Assembly: GCA_051418015.1 (NCBI GenBank)
Contig: JBPRGF010000029.1
Location: 64,001-128,000, forward strand
Reading direction: 5' to 3'
DNA length: 64,000 nucleotides
DNA from: Candidatus Nitrospinota bacterium M3_3B_026
Lineage (GTDB): Bacteria > Nitrospinota_A > UBA7883 > JBPRGF01
The notes under the pieces were generated by a model. It worked only from the letters and a program-made list of their open reading frames with translations. It was not told the DNA's origin and did no database searches. Shown piece by piece: positions 28,645-37,434 of the stretch. The number at the start of each line of letters is the position of its first letter. Positions within the stretch are counted from its first letter, which is position 1. A program made the position numbers and the translations under genes.

Positions 28645-28759
28645 GAATTGGTCAAATGGAAATATAAAAGACCGGTGGTTTTAAAAGGATTTTTTCGCGA
28701 AAATTTGCGAGGGCCAGAGTTTCGAGAACGCGGCTGGACATCGCAACTCATTGATTTAA

Positions 28760-28836
28760 TGGCGCGCCCGGCAGGATTCGAACCTGCGGCCCTCGGAACC
28801 GGAATCCGATACTCTATCCAGCTGAGCTACGGGCGC
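28760..28836 (-). tRNA. tRNA-Arg(CCG)
   Basis: Reverse complement GCGCCCGTAGCTCAGCTGGATAGAGTATCGGATTCCGGTTCCGA...GGTTCGAATCC...GCGCGCCA; anticodon CCG. Confidence 0.95.
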
Positions 28837-28903
28837 GGCTTCACCATCGAAGTTTAGCACAAGGGGCAAGCCGCGGGCGCGGAAAAAATCCGCGAAAACC
28901 GGC

Positions 28904-28949
28904 TTGACAGGAGCTCCGCCCAGGACTATATAAAGAACGAATGTTCGTT
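28904..28949 (+). promoter_or_regulatory. Sigma70 promoter with putative TetR operator
   Basis: TTGACA(28904) - 17 bp - TATATA(28927), followed by palindrome AACGAA-TG-TTCGTT (28936-28949). Confidence 0.7.
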
Positions 28950-28977
28950 TTTTTATTGAGTCACGGGGGAAGAGCCC

Positions 28978-29601
28978 TTGGCGCCAAAGGTCAGCGACGA
29001 ATATCTAAAGGCCCGGCGGGAGCAGATTCTTAAAGCCGCGGCGGCCCTCTTCTCCCGCAAGGGCTTTCACAAGACGACCATGCGGGACATCTGCCGGAAA
29101 ACGCGCCTCAGCCCTGGCGCGGTCTACCGCTATTTCAAGAGCAAGGAGGACATCATAAAGGCGATGGCCGAGGACGAGCTCGGCAGGAACATCCCCCTCC
29201 TGCGCGGCGCCAGGGACAGGAGCGACACCTTCAAGGCGCTTGAGGACCTGGCGGATTTCTTCTTTTCCATGCTGGACGACCCGAAGACCTGCGATCCGAG
29301 GCTGGACATGGAGCTTTGGGCGGAGGCGCTGCGCAACAGGAAGATCATGAACATTCAGCGCCGCAGCAAGAACGCCCACCTTAAGGCCCTCGCGGACATA
29401 ATCCGCGAGGCGCGCAGGAAAAAAAAGATTGTCTCCGGCGTCGACCCGGACGCGCTGGCGCGGGTCATGGTCGGCCTCCACGCCGGGTTGATAGTTCAAA
29501 AGGGACTGGAGCCCGACATCGACGTGTGGGGCTACGTGTCGGTGGTCAAGCGGATGATGCGGGCGATTGTCGTGGAGGAGGAAGAATGCGAGGATCAATG
29601 A
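28978..29601 (+). CDS. TetR/AcrR family transcriptional regulator
   Basis: RREQILKAAAALFSRKGFHKTTMRDIC...SPGAVYRYFKSKEDI. Confidence 0.93.
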   Translation: MAPKVSDEYLKARREQILKAAAALFSRKGFHKTTMRDICRKTRLSPGAVYRYFKSKEDIIKAMAEDELGRNIPLLRGARDRSDTFKALEDLADFFFSMLDDPKTCDPRLDMELWAEALRNRKIMNIQRRSKNAHLKALADIIREARRKKKIVSGVDPDALARVMVGLHAGLIVQKGLEPDIDVWGYVSVVKRMMRAIVVEEEECEDQ

Positions 29602-30914
29602 GGCCCTTGGGGCCGGCCCTCGCCGCGGCGCTTGCGATCCTGCCGCTTGCGCCGTTCGCCGCCGCGCAGGACGGGCCGCTGCGGCTTTCCATGGAGTCGG
29701 CCGCCGCCATTGCGCTGGAGAAAAACACCGAGCTCGCCATCGCCAGGATGGAGGAGAGGACGGCCCGCCAGAGGCGGAAGGAGGCTTTCGGGGCGGCCCT
29801 GCCGGACCTTGACGTCTCGGCCAATTACACCTACCAGGGCAACGTCCAGGAGGTCGAGTTCGGCGGGATGAGTTTTCAGTTTCAGCCAGACCATCTCTAC
29901 ACCGCCGACGCCCGGCTCTCCCAATACGTCTACTCCGGCGCTGTCGCCGCCGGGTACAGGGCGGCGGGGCACATGTCCGCCGCCGCGGAAAAGAGCGCCG
30001 CCGCGGCGAGAAACGATATTCTCACAGAGGTGAAAACGAGGATGTACGGCGCGATCCATGCCCGCCGCGTCATCGAGGCCAGGCAGGAGGCAGTGGAGCA
30101 ACTCCGGGCCCACCTGGAGGACTCCAGGGACCGCGAGGAAGTGGGGCTGAACACGTCCTACGACACCATGCGGTTCGAGACCCAGCTCGCCCAGGCCAGG
30201 GCCGAACTGGTGGCGGCGAGGAACGAGCACAGCCGGGCCGTCTCCGCCCTGCTGGACAGCCTCGGGCTGAGCCCCCTGGAGGACGTGGTGATAGAAGCCG
30301 GGCTCGAAAGCGACCCGCCCCGGGTCAGCCTCGATGAGGCCATCGCAAGGGCCGAGGCGAACAGGCCGGAGATCATCGCCGCCAGGGAGAGCCAGCGCGC
30401 CGCCGAGGAGACAGCCAGCGCCGTGGAGAGCGAGCTTCTGCCGACGGTGAAGGCGGTGGGAACGTACCGCTACTCCAACATGGCCGTGGCCCTGGATGGC
30501 CAGAGCGAGTGGCGAAGCGACTGGAGCGTGGGGCTCGCGCTCGAGTACAACCTTTTCGACGGGCGCGAGCGCGCCTCCCGGATAGCCCGGCGCAGGCTGG
30601 AGGAGGATATGGCCCGGCTCCGCGCGGAGAAGACCGTAAGGGGTGTCCTCATGGAAGTGAAGACCGCCTGGGAGGAGCTTGAGCGGGCGAGGGAGTTCGC
30701 CGCGTCGCAGCGGGAAAACGTCGGCTACGCCGAACAGACCTACAGGATCGCCGCTGAAAGGCGCGAAGAGGGAATGGGGACGAGGCTCGAGCTTCTGGAC
30801 GCCCAGCTGGCCCTCACCAACGCGAGGATAAATCAGAGCCGGTCGCTCTACGAAGTCTCGTTGGCGGGGGCGAGGTTGGAGCGGGCCATGGGCGTGGTGG
30901 AGGTTGACCGGTGA
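29598..30914 (+). CDS. TolC family outer membrane protein
   Basis: Signal peptide, ALPDLDVS, NRPEI, YNLFDG, GMGTRLELLDAQ. Start taken at the ATGA overlap with tetR. Confidence 0.9.
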   Translation: MRPLGPALAAALAILPLAPFAAAQDGPLRLSMESAAAIALEKNTELAIARMEERTARQRRKEAFGAALPDLDVSANYTYQGNVQEVEFGGMSFQFQPDHLYTADARLSQYVYSGAVAAGYRAAGHMSAAAEKSAAAARNDILTEVKTRMYGAIHARRVIEARQEAVEQLRAHLEDSRDREEVGLNTSYDTMRFETQLAQARAELVAARNEHSRAVSALLDSLGLSPLEDVVIEAGLESDPPRVSLDEAIARAEANRPEIIAARESQRAAEETASAVESELLPTVKAVGTYRYSNMAVALDGQSEWRSDWSVGLALEYNLFDGRERASRIARRRLEEDMARLRAEKTVRGVLMEVKTAWEELERAREFAASQRENVGYAEQTYRIAAERREEGMGTRLELLDAQLALTNARINQSRSLYEVSLAGARLERAMGVVEVDR

Positions 30915-31966
30915 TGAAAAGAGCTTTTCTCCACGCCGCTTTCGCGCTGCTTTTCGCCGCCTGCTCGGCCGGGGCCGGCGATGGCGTGGAGGAGAAGGCC
31001 GCCCCCGGCGCGGGCGACGCCAGGCTCGTCAACGTCATGGCCGTAAAGCCGAGGACGTTTCGCAAGGAGATGACGCTGATGGGGACGGTCAGGGCGGACA
31101 GGGAGGTGGTCATCGCCCCCGAGGCGCCGGGCAGGGTCGTGAGGATCGGGTTCGAGAAGGGCGGCGGCGTGGAGGCCGGTCAGCCGCTGGTGTGGCTGGA
31201 CGCGGCCGAGATCGAGGCGCGGATCGCCCAGGCGGAGGCGGAGCGGGACCTGGCCGCTCTCGACCATGACAAGCTGAAGGCCCTGGCCGGGCGCAGAGCC
31301 AATGTCTCCGAGTACCAGCTGGAGCAGGCGAGGCTGGGGCTGAAAGCCGCCGAGGCGCGCCTTTCCGGCCTGCGGGTGGCGCGGGGCAATATGACCGTCA
31401 GGGCCCCCTTCGCCGGGATGATCGCCGCCCGGGACGTGGAGAAGGGCGCCATCGTCTCCCCCGGCCAGCCGCTCGGCAGGCTGATCGCGATAGACCCGGT
31501 GAAGATCGAGACCGGTGCGCCGGAGACGTCGATAGCGGATTTTTCCATCGGCAAGGACGCCACCGTCCGGTTCGACGCCTTCCCGGAGGAGGCGCACACG
31601 GGAAAAGTCTCCTACATCGCGCCGGAGATAAATCCGATGACGAGAGTTTTTGATATGGAGGTCGAGCTTGGGAACAAGGCCATGAGGATACTGCCGGAGA
31701 TGAGCGCCAGGGTCACCTTCGTCCGCAAAGAGATCGCGGGCGCCGTCCTGATCCCCCAGGACGTGATCCTGGAGCTTCCCGAGGGGCACGCCGTCTTCGT
31801 CGTGGAGGAGGGCGTGGCCAGAAAGAGGATGGTCACCATAGACGACATGGCCGGGGAGGAGGCGCTCATCGGCTCCGGCGCCGCGCCGGGGGATATACTT
31901 GTGACCGCCGGCGGCCGCGGCCTCACCGACGGGGACAGGGTGAGGATAATGAGCCGGGCGGAGTAG
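30911..31966 (+). CDS. RND efflux periplasmic adaptor subunit (lipoprotein)
   Basis: Lipobox FAAC, GRVVRIGFEKG, VRAPFAG, ILPEMSA, GLTDGDRV. Confidence 0.9.
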   Translation: MMKRAFLHAAFALLFAACSAGAGDGVEEKAAPGAGDARLVNVMAVKPRTFRKEMTLMGTVRADREVVIAPEAPGRVVRIGFEKGGGVEAGQPLVWLDAAEIEARIAQAEAERDLAALDHDKLKALAGRRANVSEYQLEQARLGLKAAEARLSGLRVARGNMTVRAPFAGMIAARDVEKGAIVSPGQPLGRLIAIDPVKIETGAPETSIADFSIGKDATVRFDAFPEEAHTGKVSYIAPEINPMTRVFDMEVELGNKAMRILPEMSARVTFVRKEIAGAVLIPQDVILELPEGHAVFVVEEGVARKRMVTIDDMAGEEALIGSGAAPGDILVTAGGRGLTDGDRVRIMSRAE

Positions 31967-31972
31967 GGGCCC

Positions 31973-34900
31973 ATGGGCTGGGTAACTGAGTACTCCGTAA
32001 GGAACCACGTCGCCGTCTACGCCCTGGCGGTGATCATCACCGTGACGGGGCTCTACTCGTACATAACCCTGCCCAGGGAGGCCAGTCCGGACATCACCAT
32101 CCCCTTCGTCATCGTCACCACCACCTACACCGGTGTCTCCCCTTCGGACGTCGAGACGCTCATAACCCGCGAGATAGAAAAAGAGCTGAAGAACATCGAG
32201 AACATAAAGGAGATGCGCTCCTCGTCGCGGGAGGGCCTCTCCGCCATCACCGTGGAGTTCGACCCGTCGGAGGACATAGACAACGCCGTCCAGAAGGTCC
32301 GGGACAAGGTGAGCGTGGCCAAGCCAAAGCTGCCCGCCGACGCCGACGAGCCGCAGGTGATGGAGATCAACTTCTCGAACATCCCCATCATGATCGTGAA
32401 CGTCTCCGGCGCCTACGGCCTGCCCCGCCTGAAGCGGGCGGCGGAGGACCTGCAGGAGAAGATAGAGCAGGTCCCCGGCGTGCTGGACGTGGGGCTGGTG
32501 GGGGGGATCGAGCGCGAGGTGCAGGTGGACGCGGACCCGGAGAGGCTGAGCTACTACGGGGTAAGCCTGGACGACGTGGCCGACGTGATCGCCCGGGAGA
32601 ACGTCACCATCCCCGGCGGGTCCATGGACATCGGGCGGTACAAGTACCTGCTGCGCGCCCCGGGCCAGTTCGAAGACCCGGGCCTGATAAGCGGCCTGGC
32701 GGTGAGATCGTCGGGCCACAACGCCGTTTATGTCCGCGACCTGGCGGACGTGCGGTTCGGTTTCAAGGAGTCGTCGTCATACGCCCGCCTGAACGGTGTG
32801 GACTGCGTGAGCCTGACCGTCACCAAAAGGGCAGGCGAGAACATCATCGAGGTCTCCGACGCCGTGAAGGAGCTTGTGGAACGGGAGCTCCCCCTCCTGC
32901 CTCGCGGCACGGACATAAAGATCACCGCCGACCAGAGCGAGATGACCAGGACGCTGATAGACGACCTGGAGAACAACATCCTCTCAGGGCTGGTCCTCGT
33001 GCTGGGGGTGATCTTCTTTTTCCTCGGGTTGCGGGTGGCCGTTTTCGTGGCGCTTTCGATCCCCTTCTCCCTGCTCATATCCTTTTTCGTCCTCTCGGCG
33101 CTGGGTTTTTCGCTGAACATGGTCGTCCTGTTCTCCCTTATCCTCGCCCTGGGGATGCTGGTGGACAACGCCGTCGTCATAGTGGAGAACATATACCGCC
33201 ACGCCGAGGAGGGCGCCCCGCCTGTGAGGGCCGCCGTCGAGGGGACGGCGGAGGTCGCCGCGCCGGTGGCCGCCTCCACCGTCACCACCCTGTGCGCCTT
33301 TTTGCCGATAATGTTCTGGCCGGGGATCATGGGCGAGTTCATGGTCTACCTGCCATACACGCTGACGATCACCCTGTCCGCGTCGCTTTTCGTGGCGCTG
33401 GTGATAAACCCCACCCTGTGCGCCACGATGCTGCGGGTGAAAGCCCACGGCAGGAAGATGGACGAGTTCGCCGACGAGGAGCTGGGGCCGCTGATGAGGC
33501 TTTATAAGGGGCTCCTTGTTTTCTCTCTCCGGCGGCGTGGGGCCACGTTCGCCGCCGCGGCGCTGACGCTGGCCATTGTCGCCGCGGTCTACGCCAGGAT
33601 GGGCCTTGGGGTGGAGTTTTTCCCGACGGTGGAGCCGAGCAAGATTTTCATCGACATAGAGACACCCACGGGGACGAACGTGGACACGACCGACGCCGTG
33701 GCCCGGAGCCTCGAGAAGATCGTGGAGAAAGCGCCCGACCTCGAGACCTACGTCACCAACGTCGGCGTCTCCACCGGTCAGTTCGACTTCGCCGGGCCGG
33801 GCGAGGGAGGGCCGAGCCATAAAAGCAGGATCGCCGTGGACTTTCTCGACCGGGAGGACAGGAGCCAGTCCACGGAGCTGACCCAGGACTGGATCAGGGG
33901 CGAGGCGGCGTGGATCGTCGGGGCGAAGGTGAGCATAGAGCCCGAGCGCATGGGCCCGCCGACGGGGCCGCCTGTGAACATAGAGATATCGGGCGACGAG
34001 TACGATATCCTGGCGGACCTGAGCCGGGAGATGGAGAGCCTGATAGCGGGGGTTCCCGGCGTTGTGGACATGGAGAACGACTACTCCGTGGGCCGCCCGG
34101 AGCTTACGATCAGGATCGACAGGGAGAGAGCCGCCTCTTACGGATTTTCCACCCGCGACGTGGCCGGAGACCTCAGGAGGGCCGTGTATGGGACCATCGC
34201 GGGAGTGTATCGCCAGGGCAAGGATGAGTACGACATCCGGGTCAGGCTGAAGGAGCGGAGCAGGGACAGCATCGAGGACCTGGAGGAATTGTTCATCAAG
34301 AAGGACGGCAAGTCCGTGCCTCTCTCCTCCGTGGCGAAGATCACCACGGCCTCCGGCTACAGCGACATCAGGCACATCGACCAGCGCCGCGTCGTAACCG
34401 TCTCCTCCAAGGTGGCAAGCTCCTACAACGCCAACGCCGTCCTGGAAAACGTGAAAAGGGCCGTGGGGTCGGAAATCTCTGTCCCCAATGGCTACAGGGT
34501 CGCCTACACCGGCCAGAACAAGGAGCAGCGGGAGGCGGAGGATTTTTTGAGCAAGGCGTTTGTGGGGGCGCTTTTGCTCATCGCCTTCGTGCTGATCTTC
34601 CAGTTCAACTCGTTCTCCACGCCGCTGATAATACTGTCGTCGGTGATCCTCTCCATGATCGGGGTGCTGATCGGCCTCATGGCGACGGGAACCCCCTTCG
34701 GGGTCATCATGACCGGCGTGGGGGTGATAAGCCTCGCCGGTGTCGTGGTGAACAACTCCATCGTGCTGCTGGACTACACGATACAACTGCGCCGCCGCGG
34801 CCTGCCGAAGACCACCGCCGTGATAACCGCCGGGATGACGCGCCTGCGCCCCGTGCTGCTGACGGCGATAACAACCATCCTGGGCCTGGCTCCCATGGCC

Positions 34901-35137
34901 ACAGGCGTCAGCTTCGACTTCAAGGATCTCGAATGGGTGATAGGGTCCGACTCGGCGGACTGGTGGGGGCCGATGGCGGTGGCGGTCGTCTTCGGCCTGG
35001 GGTTCGCCACGGTCCTCACGCTGGTCGTGACGCCCGCGCTCTATTCGCTGCTGGATTCGCTGGTGGCGCGGGGCGCCGGAGCGCCGCTCACAACGAACGG
35101 CGCCGCGCCGGGGGACCTGGAGGGGGATAAGGCCTAG
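31973..35137 (+). CDS. AcrB/MdtB-like RND efflux permease
   Basis: LPREASPDI, LGMLVDNAVVIVENI, GVVVNNSIVLLD, RLRPVLLTAITT. Confidence 0.94.
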   Translation: MGWVTEYSVRNHVAVYALAVIITVTGLYSYITLPREASPDITIPFVIVTTTYTGVSPSDVETLITREIEKELKNIENIKEMRSSSREGLSAITVEFDPSEDIDNAVQKVRDKVSVAKPKLPADADEPQVMEINFSNIPIMIVNVSGAYGLPRLKRAAEDLQEKIEQVPGVLDVGLVGGIEREVQVDADPERLSYYGVSLDDVADVIARENVTIPGGSMDIGRYKYLLRAPGQFEDPGLISGLAVRSSGHNAVYVRDLADVRFGFKESSSYARLNGVDCVSLTVTKRAGENIIEVSDAVKELVERELPLLPRGTDIKITADQSEMTRTLIDDLENNILSGLVLVLGVIFFFLGLRVAVFVALSIPFSLLISFFVLSALGFSLNMVVLFSLILALGMLVDNAVVIVENIYRHAEEGAPPVRAAVEGTAEVAAPVAASTVTTLCAFLPIMFWPGIMGEFMVYLPYTLTITLSASLFVALVINPTLCATMLRVKAHGRKMDEFADEELGPLMRLYKGLLVFSLRRRGATFAAAALTLAIVAAVYARMGLGVEFFPTVEPSKIFIDIETPTGTNVDTTDAVARSLEKIVEKAPDLETYVTNVGVSTGQFDFAGPGEGGPSHKSRIAVDFLDREDRSQSTELTQDWIRGEAAWIVGAKVSIEPERMGPPTGPPVNIEISGDEYDILADLSREMESLIAGVPGVVDMENDYSVGRPELTIRIDRERAASYGFSTRDVAGDLRRAVYGTIAGVYRQGKDEYDIRVRLKERSRDSIEDLEELFIKKDGKSVPLSSVAKITTASGYSDIRHIDQRRVVTVSSKVASSYNANAVLENVKRAVGSEISVPNGYRVAYTGQNKEQREAEDFLSKAFVGALLLIAFVLIFQFNSFSTPLIILSSVILSMIGVLIGLMATGTPFGVIMTGVGVISLAGVVVNNSIVLLDYTIQLRRRGLPKTTAVITAGMTRLRPVLLTAITTILGLAPMATGVSFDFKDLEWVIGSDSADWWGPMAVAVVFGLGFATVLTLVVTPALYSLLDSLVARGAGAPLTTNGAAPGDLEGDKA

Positions 35138-35155
35138 CCGCCGCCTCGCTCTTTG

Positions 35156-35962
35156 TTACCTGGCCAGCGCCCGGCTCTCGTAGTCGTACTCGCTCTCGAA
35201 AAGGTGTGAGCTTATTATCCTGTCCGCCGTGGCCTGGTTGCAGGCGATGCCGACGTTGAACTGCACCGCGACGCGCAAAAGGGCCTTCACGTCCACGTCG
35301 TGGGGCTGGACGTCCCTTGTGGACCAGAAGAAAAACATGTAGTCCACACCCCCCTCCACGATCCTGGCGCCGACCTGGAAATCACCCCCGTCAGGCCCGG
35401 AGCGCGTCCCCTCCACCGGCAGGCCGGTTGCGGCGCGTATCCGCCCGGCCGTCGTCCCGGTCCCGAGCAGGGCGTGCCGGGAGAGGTTTTCGCTCCACCT
35501 GGAGCACCACTCGACCAGCTTCTCCTTCTCGCTGTCGTGGGCGATCAGCGCGACGTGTTTTTGGGCCTTGTCCATCTCCGGGAAATAACCCTCCGGGTTC
35601 GAGACCCTGCTGGCTATGATGTGGTCGGCGCTGTTGCGGTTGCAGGCCAGGGCTATGTTGTGATGGACCGCCACGCGGATCAGGGCCTTCACGTCCACGT
35701 CGTGGGCGTGGGCCACCTTCGGGTGCCAGAAGTAGATCAGCGTCCCTATGGCGCCGTCCGATATCAGCGCGCCGGTCTTCATCTCCCCGCCGTCCGCCCC
35801 GGAGCGGATGGTGATTATCTCGGCGGCCTCCGGCCTGTCGACGCTCGCCGGCACGTTCGTGTATATGACGTCTCTTGACAAAAGCTCCCTGTTGAACCAC
35901 CACCACTCCAGAAGATCCTTCTCTCTTCCGTCATGGGCTATGAGAGCAACTCCGTTTCTCAT
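35156..35962 (-). CDS. mgsA: Tandem two-domain methylglyoxal synthase-like protein
   Basis: Two repeats of VALIAHD...SG(A/P)DGG(E/D)...HDVDVKAL.RVAV..N...ACN..(S/T)AD. Confidence 0.8.
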   Translation of the reverse strand: MRNGVALIAHDGREKDLLEWWWFNRELLSRDVIYTNVPASVDRPEAAEIITIRSGADGGEMKTGALISDGAIGTLIYFWHPKVAHAHDVDVKALIRVAVHHNIALACNRNSADHIIASRVSNPEGYFPEMDKAQKHVALIAHDSEKEKLVEWCSRWSENLSRHALLGTGTTAGRIRAATGLPVEGTRSGPDGGDFQVGARIVEGGVDYMFFFWSTRDVQPHDVDVKALLRVAVQFNVGIACNQATADRIISSHLFESEYDYESRALAR

Positions 35963-36047
35963 CTTCTATCTTAACTCCATTAAAAATGTATACCATTTCA
36001 TAATACGTCCTATACGGGACGCAAAGTTGTTTATTTTCGATTAATTT

Positions 36048-36158
36048 TCCCCTCCCTTGACGGGAGGGTTTTTGAGGCAGGGGTCCGAAACCGGTATGAG
36101 CCAGCGGCAGCCAACAACTATCCCCTCCCCTTGCGGGAGGGGATAGAGGGGAGGGGGT
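36048..36158. repeat. CCCCTCCC..GGGAGGG hairpin repeat (REP-like family A)
   Basis: CCCTCCCTTGACGGGAGGG and CCCCTCCCCTTGCGGGAGGGGATAGAGGGGAGGGG. Confidence 0.65.
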
Positions 36159-36400
36159 ATGAATAAATCATATCACCCAGTGCCCACCTCGATCCTCGTC
36201 AAAGGGGGAGAACATAAAAGCGAGAAAATCTCTATTAGCGCGGCGTCGCGCTTTTGCTCCACCCTTTAACCGGGAATGTGGGTTAATTTTCGGCGGGGCG
36301 GGGACGCCGGAGGCGGCATGGGGGGAAGAAGACCTAGCCGTCGCCTTCCCCGGCGGGAGAGGGGTAACTATTCAGATTGACTCAAGCGTTAGTTTGCCAC

Positions 36401-36991
36401 TCAATATGGTGCTGAATCATGGACTTCTTTCGCCAATTCCCCGAGCTTTTTTGCCATATCAGGGAAGCGGTCTCTCGTTTTCAACCATGACCCAGCGCTA
36501 CCGATTCTTTGTTGGCCAATAGCCGATTTTGCAGCTCTTTTTGACTGGTGGCTTTCGTGTGTCGCATAATTCCTTAGCGCACATAATCTTCCTAACGTAT
36601 CTTTGTACTTATTTTTCATGACAATTTTTACTAGGTAATGATCATCAGGAACATATTTTTTTAAAGTTTTGATTAGCCCATCTCTCCCTTTGAAATCGAA
36701 ATAACCGTCTCCCAGTATCAAATATTGACACACCTCATCGGTTAGATGTGCAGGGAAAATGACACCGGTGACCTCGGAAATCGTGTTAGTGTCGTTATTG
36801 ATTGCACCGACGATTCCAGCCAACATCATTTGTTCAAATTCACGATATAATCTGATTACTGCGTAATCGTGGCACCATGACTTATGTTCGTCAGACATAG
36901 GAGAAATAGATTCGCGCAGAAACGAATCTAGATCTTTTATTTTTGAGATGAAATCATTCGCTGATTTCTTAATGCTCTTCTTTCTTGACAC
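36401..36991 (-). CDS. AT-rich orphan protein with HEPN-like R-x4-H motif (RiboL-PSP/MAE_28990-like)
   Basis: GTG start after a strong RBS (AAGGAG); VIRLYREFE and LRNYATH motifs; visibly AT-rich relative to flanks. Confidence 0.7.
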   Translation of the reverse strand: MSRKKSIKKSANDFISKIKDLDSFLRESISPMSDEHKSWCHDYAVIRLYREFEQMMLAGIVGAINNDTNTISEVTGVIFPAHLTDEVCQYLILGDGYFDFKGRDGLIKTLKKYVPDDHYLVKIVMKNKYKDTLGRLCALRNYATHESHQSKRAAKSAIGQQRIGSAGSWLKTRDRFPDMAKKLGELAKEVHDSAPY

Positions 36992-37186
36992 CTCTAGCTC
37001 CTTTCCTTGCTAACATATCCTAGAAAAATAGCTGCTGGTTGAGTCGCCATTCCAGCAGGCACATCTCTCCGCCATTGTGAACTATGGAGCTATTCCCTTT
37101 CCCGTATATCATAATTGCTAAGCTCCGGCAATATTAATACCAGTATATACTAAACTCTTTTGGGGAATATGTTTGTTGGAAAGTAA

Positions 37187-37325
37187 TAACCTCTGAAAAA
37201 GCCTGAAGCCTGTCATTGCGAGCAAAGCGAAGCAATCTTGAGACACGAGATTTCAAGACATTGGAGATTGCCGCGTCGCCTGCGGCTCCTCGCAATGACG
37301 AGAAATGAGGCCTTTTTCAGAGGTT
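37187..37325. repeat. Palindromic miniature element (GTCATTGCGAG...CTCGCAATGAC core) with terminal inverted repeats
   Basis: TAACCTCTGAAAAAGCCT ... AGGCCTTTTTCAGAGGTTA enclosing GTCATTGCGAG..GCAATCT..AGATTGC..CTCGCAATGAC. Confidence 0.75.
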
Positions 37326-37434
37326 ACAACATTAGTTGAGCCTACCCCGCTTTTGCCGTGACGGGGAAACCGCATGAGCTGGGCGGGATCGACCCGCATT
37401 TTCAGGCAGGGGCCATTAGACCATCAAGGTCTGT

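Noticed and set aside
18460..28760. Active integrative element or transposon
   Set aside because: No integrase, transposase or att direct repeat identified.
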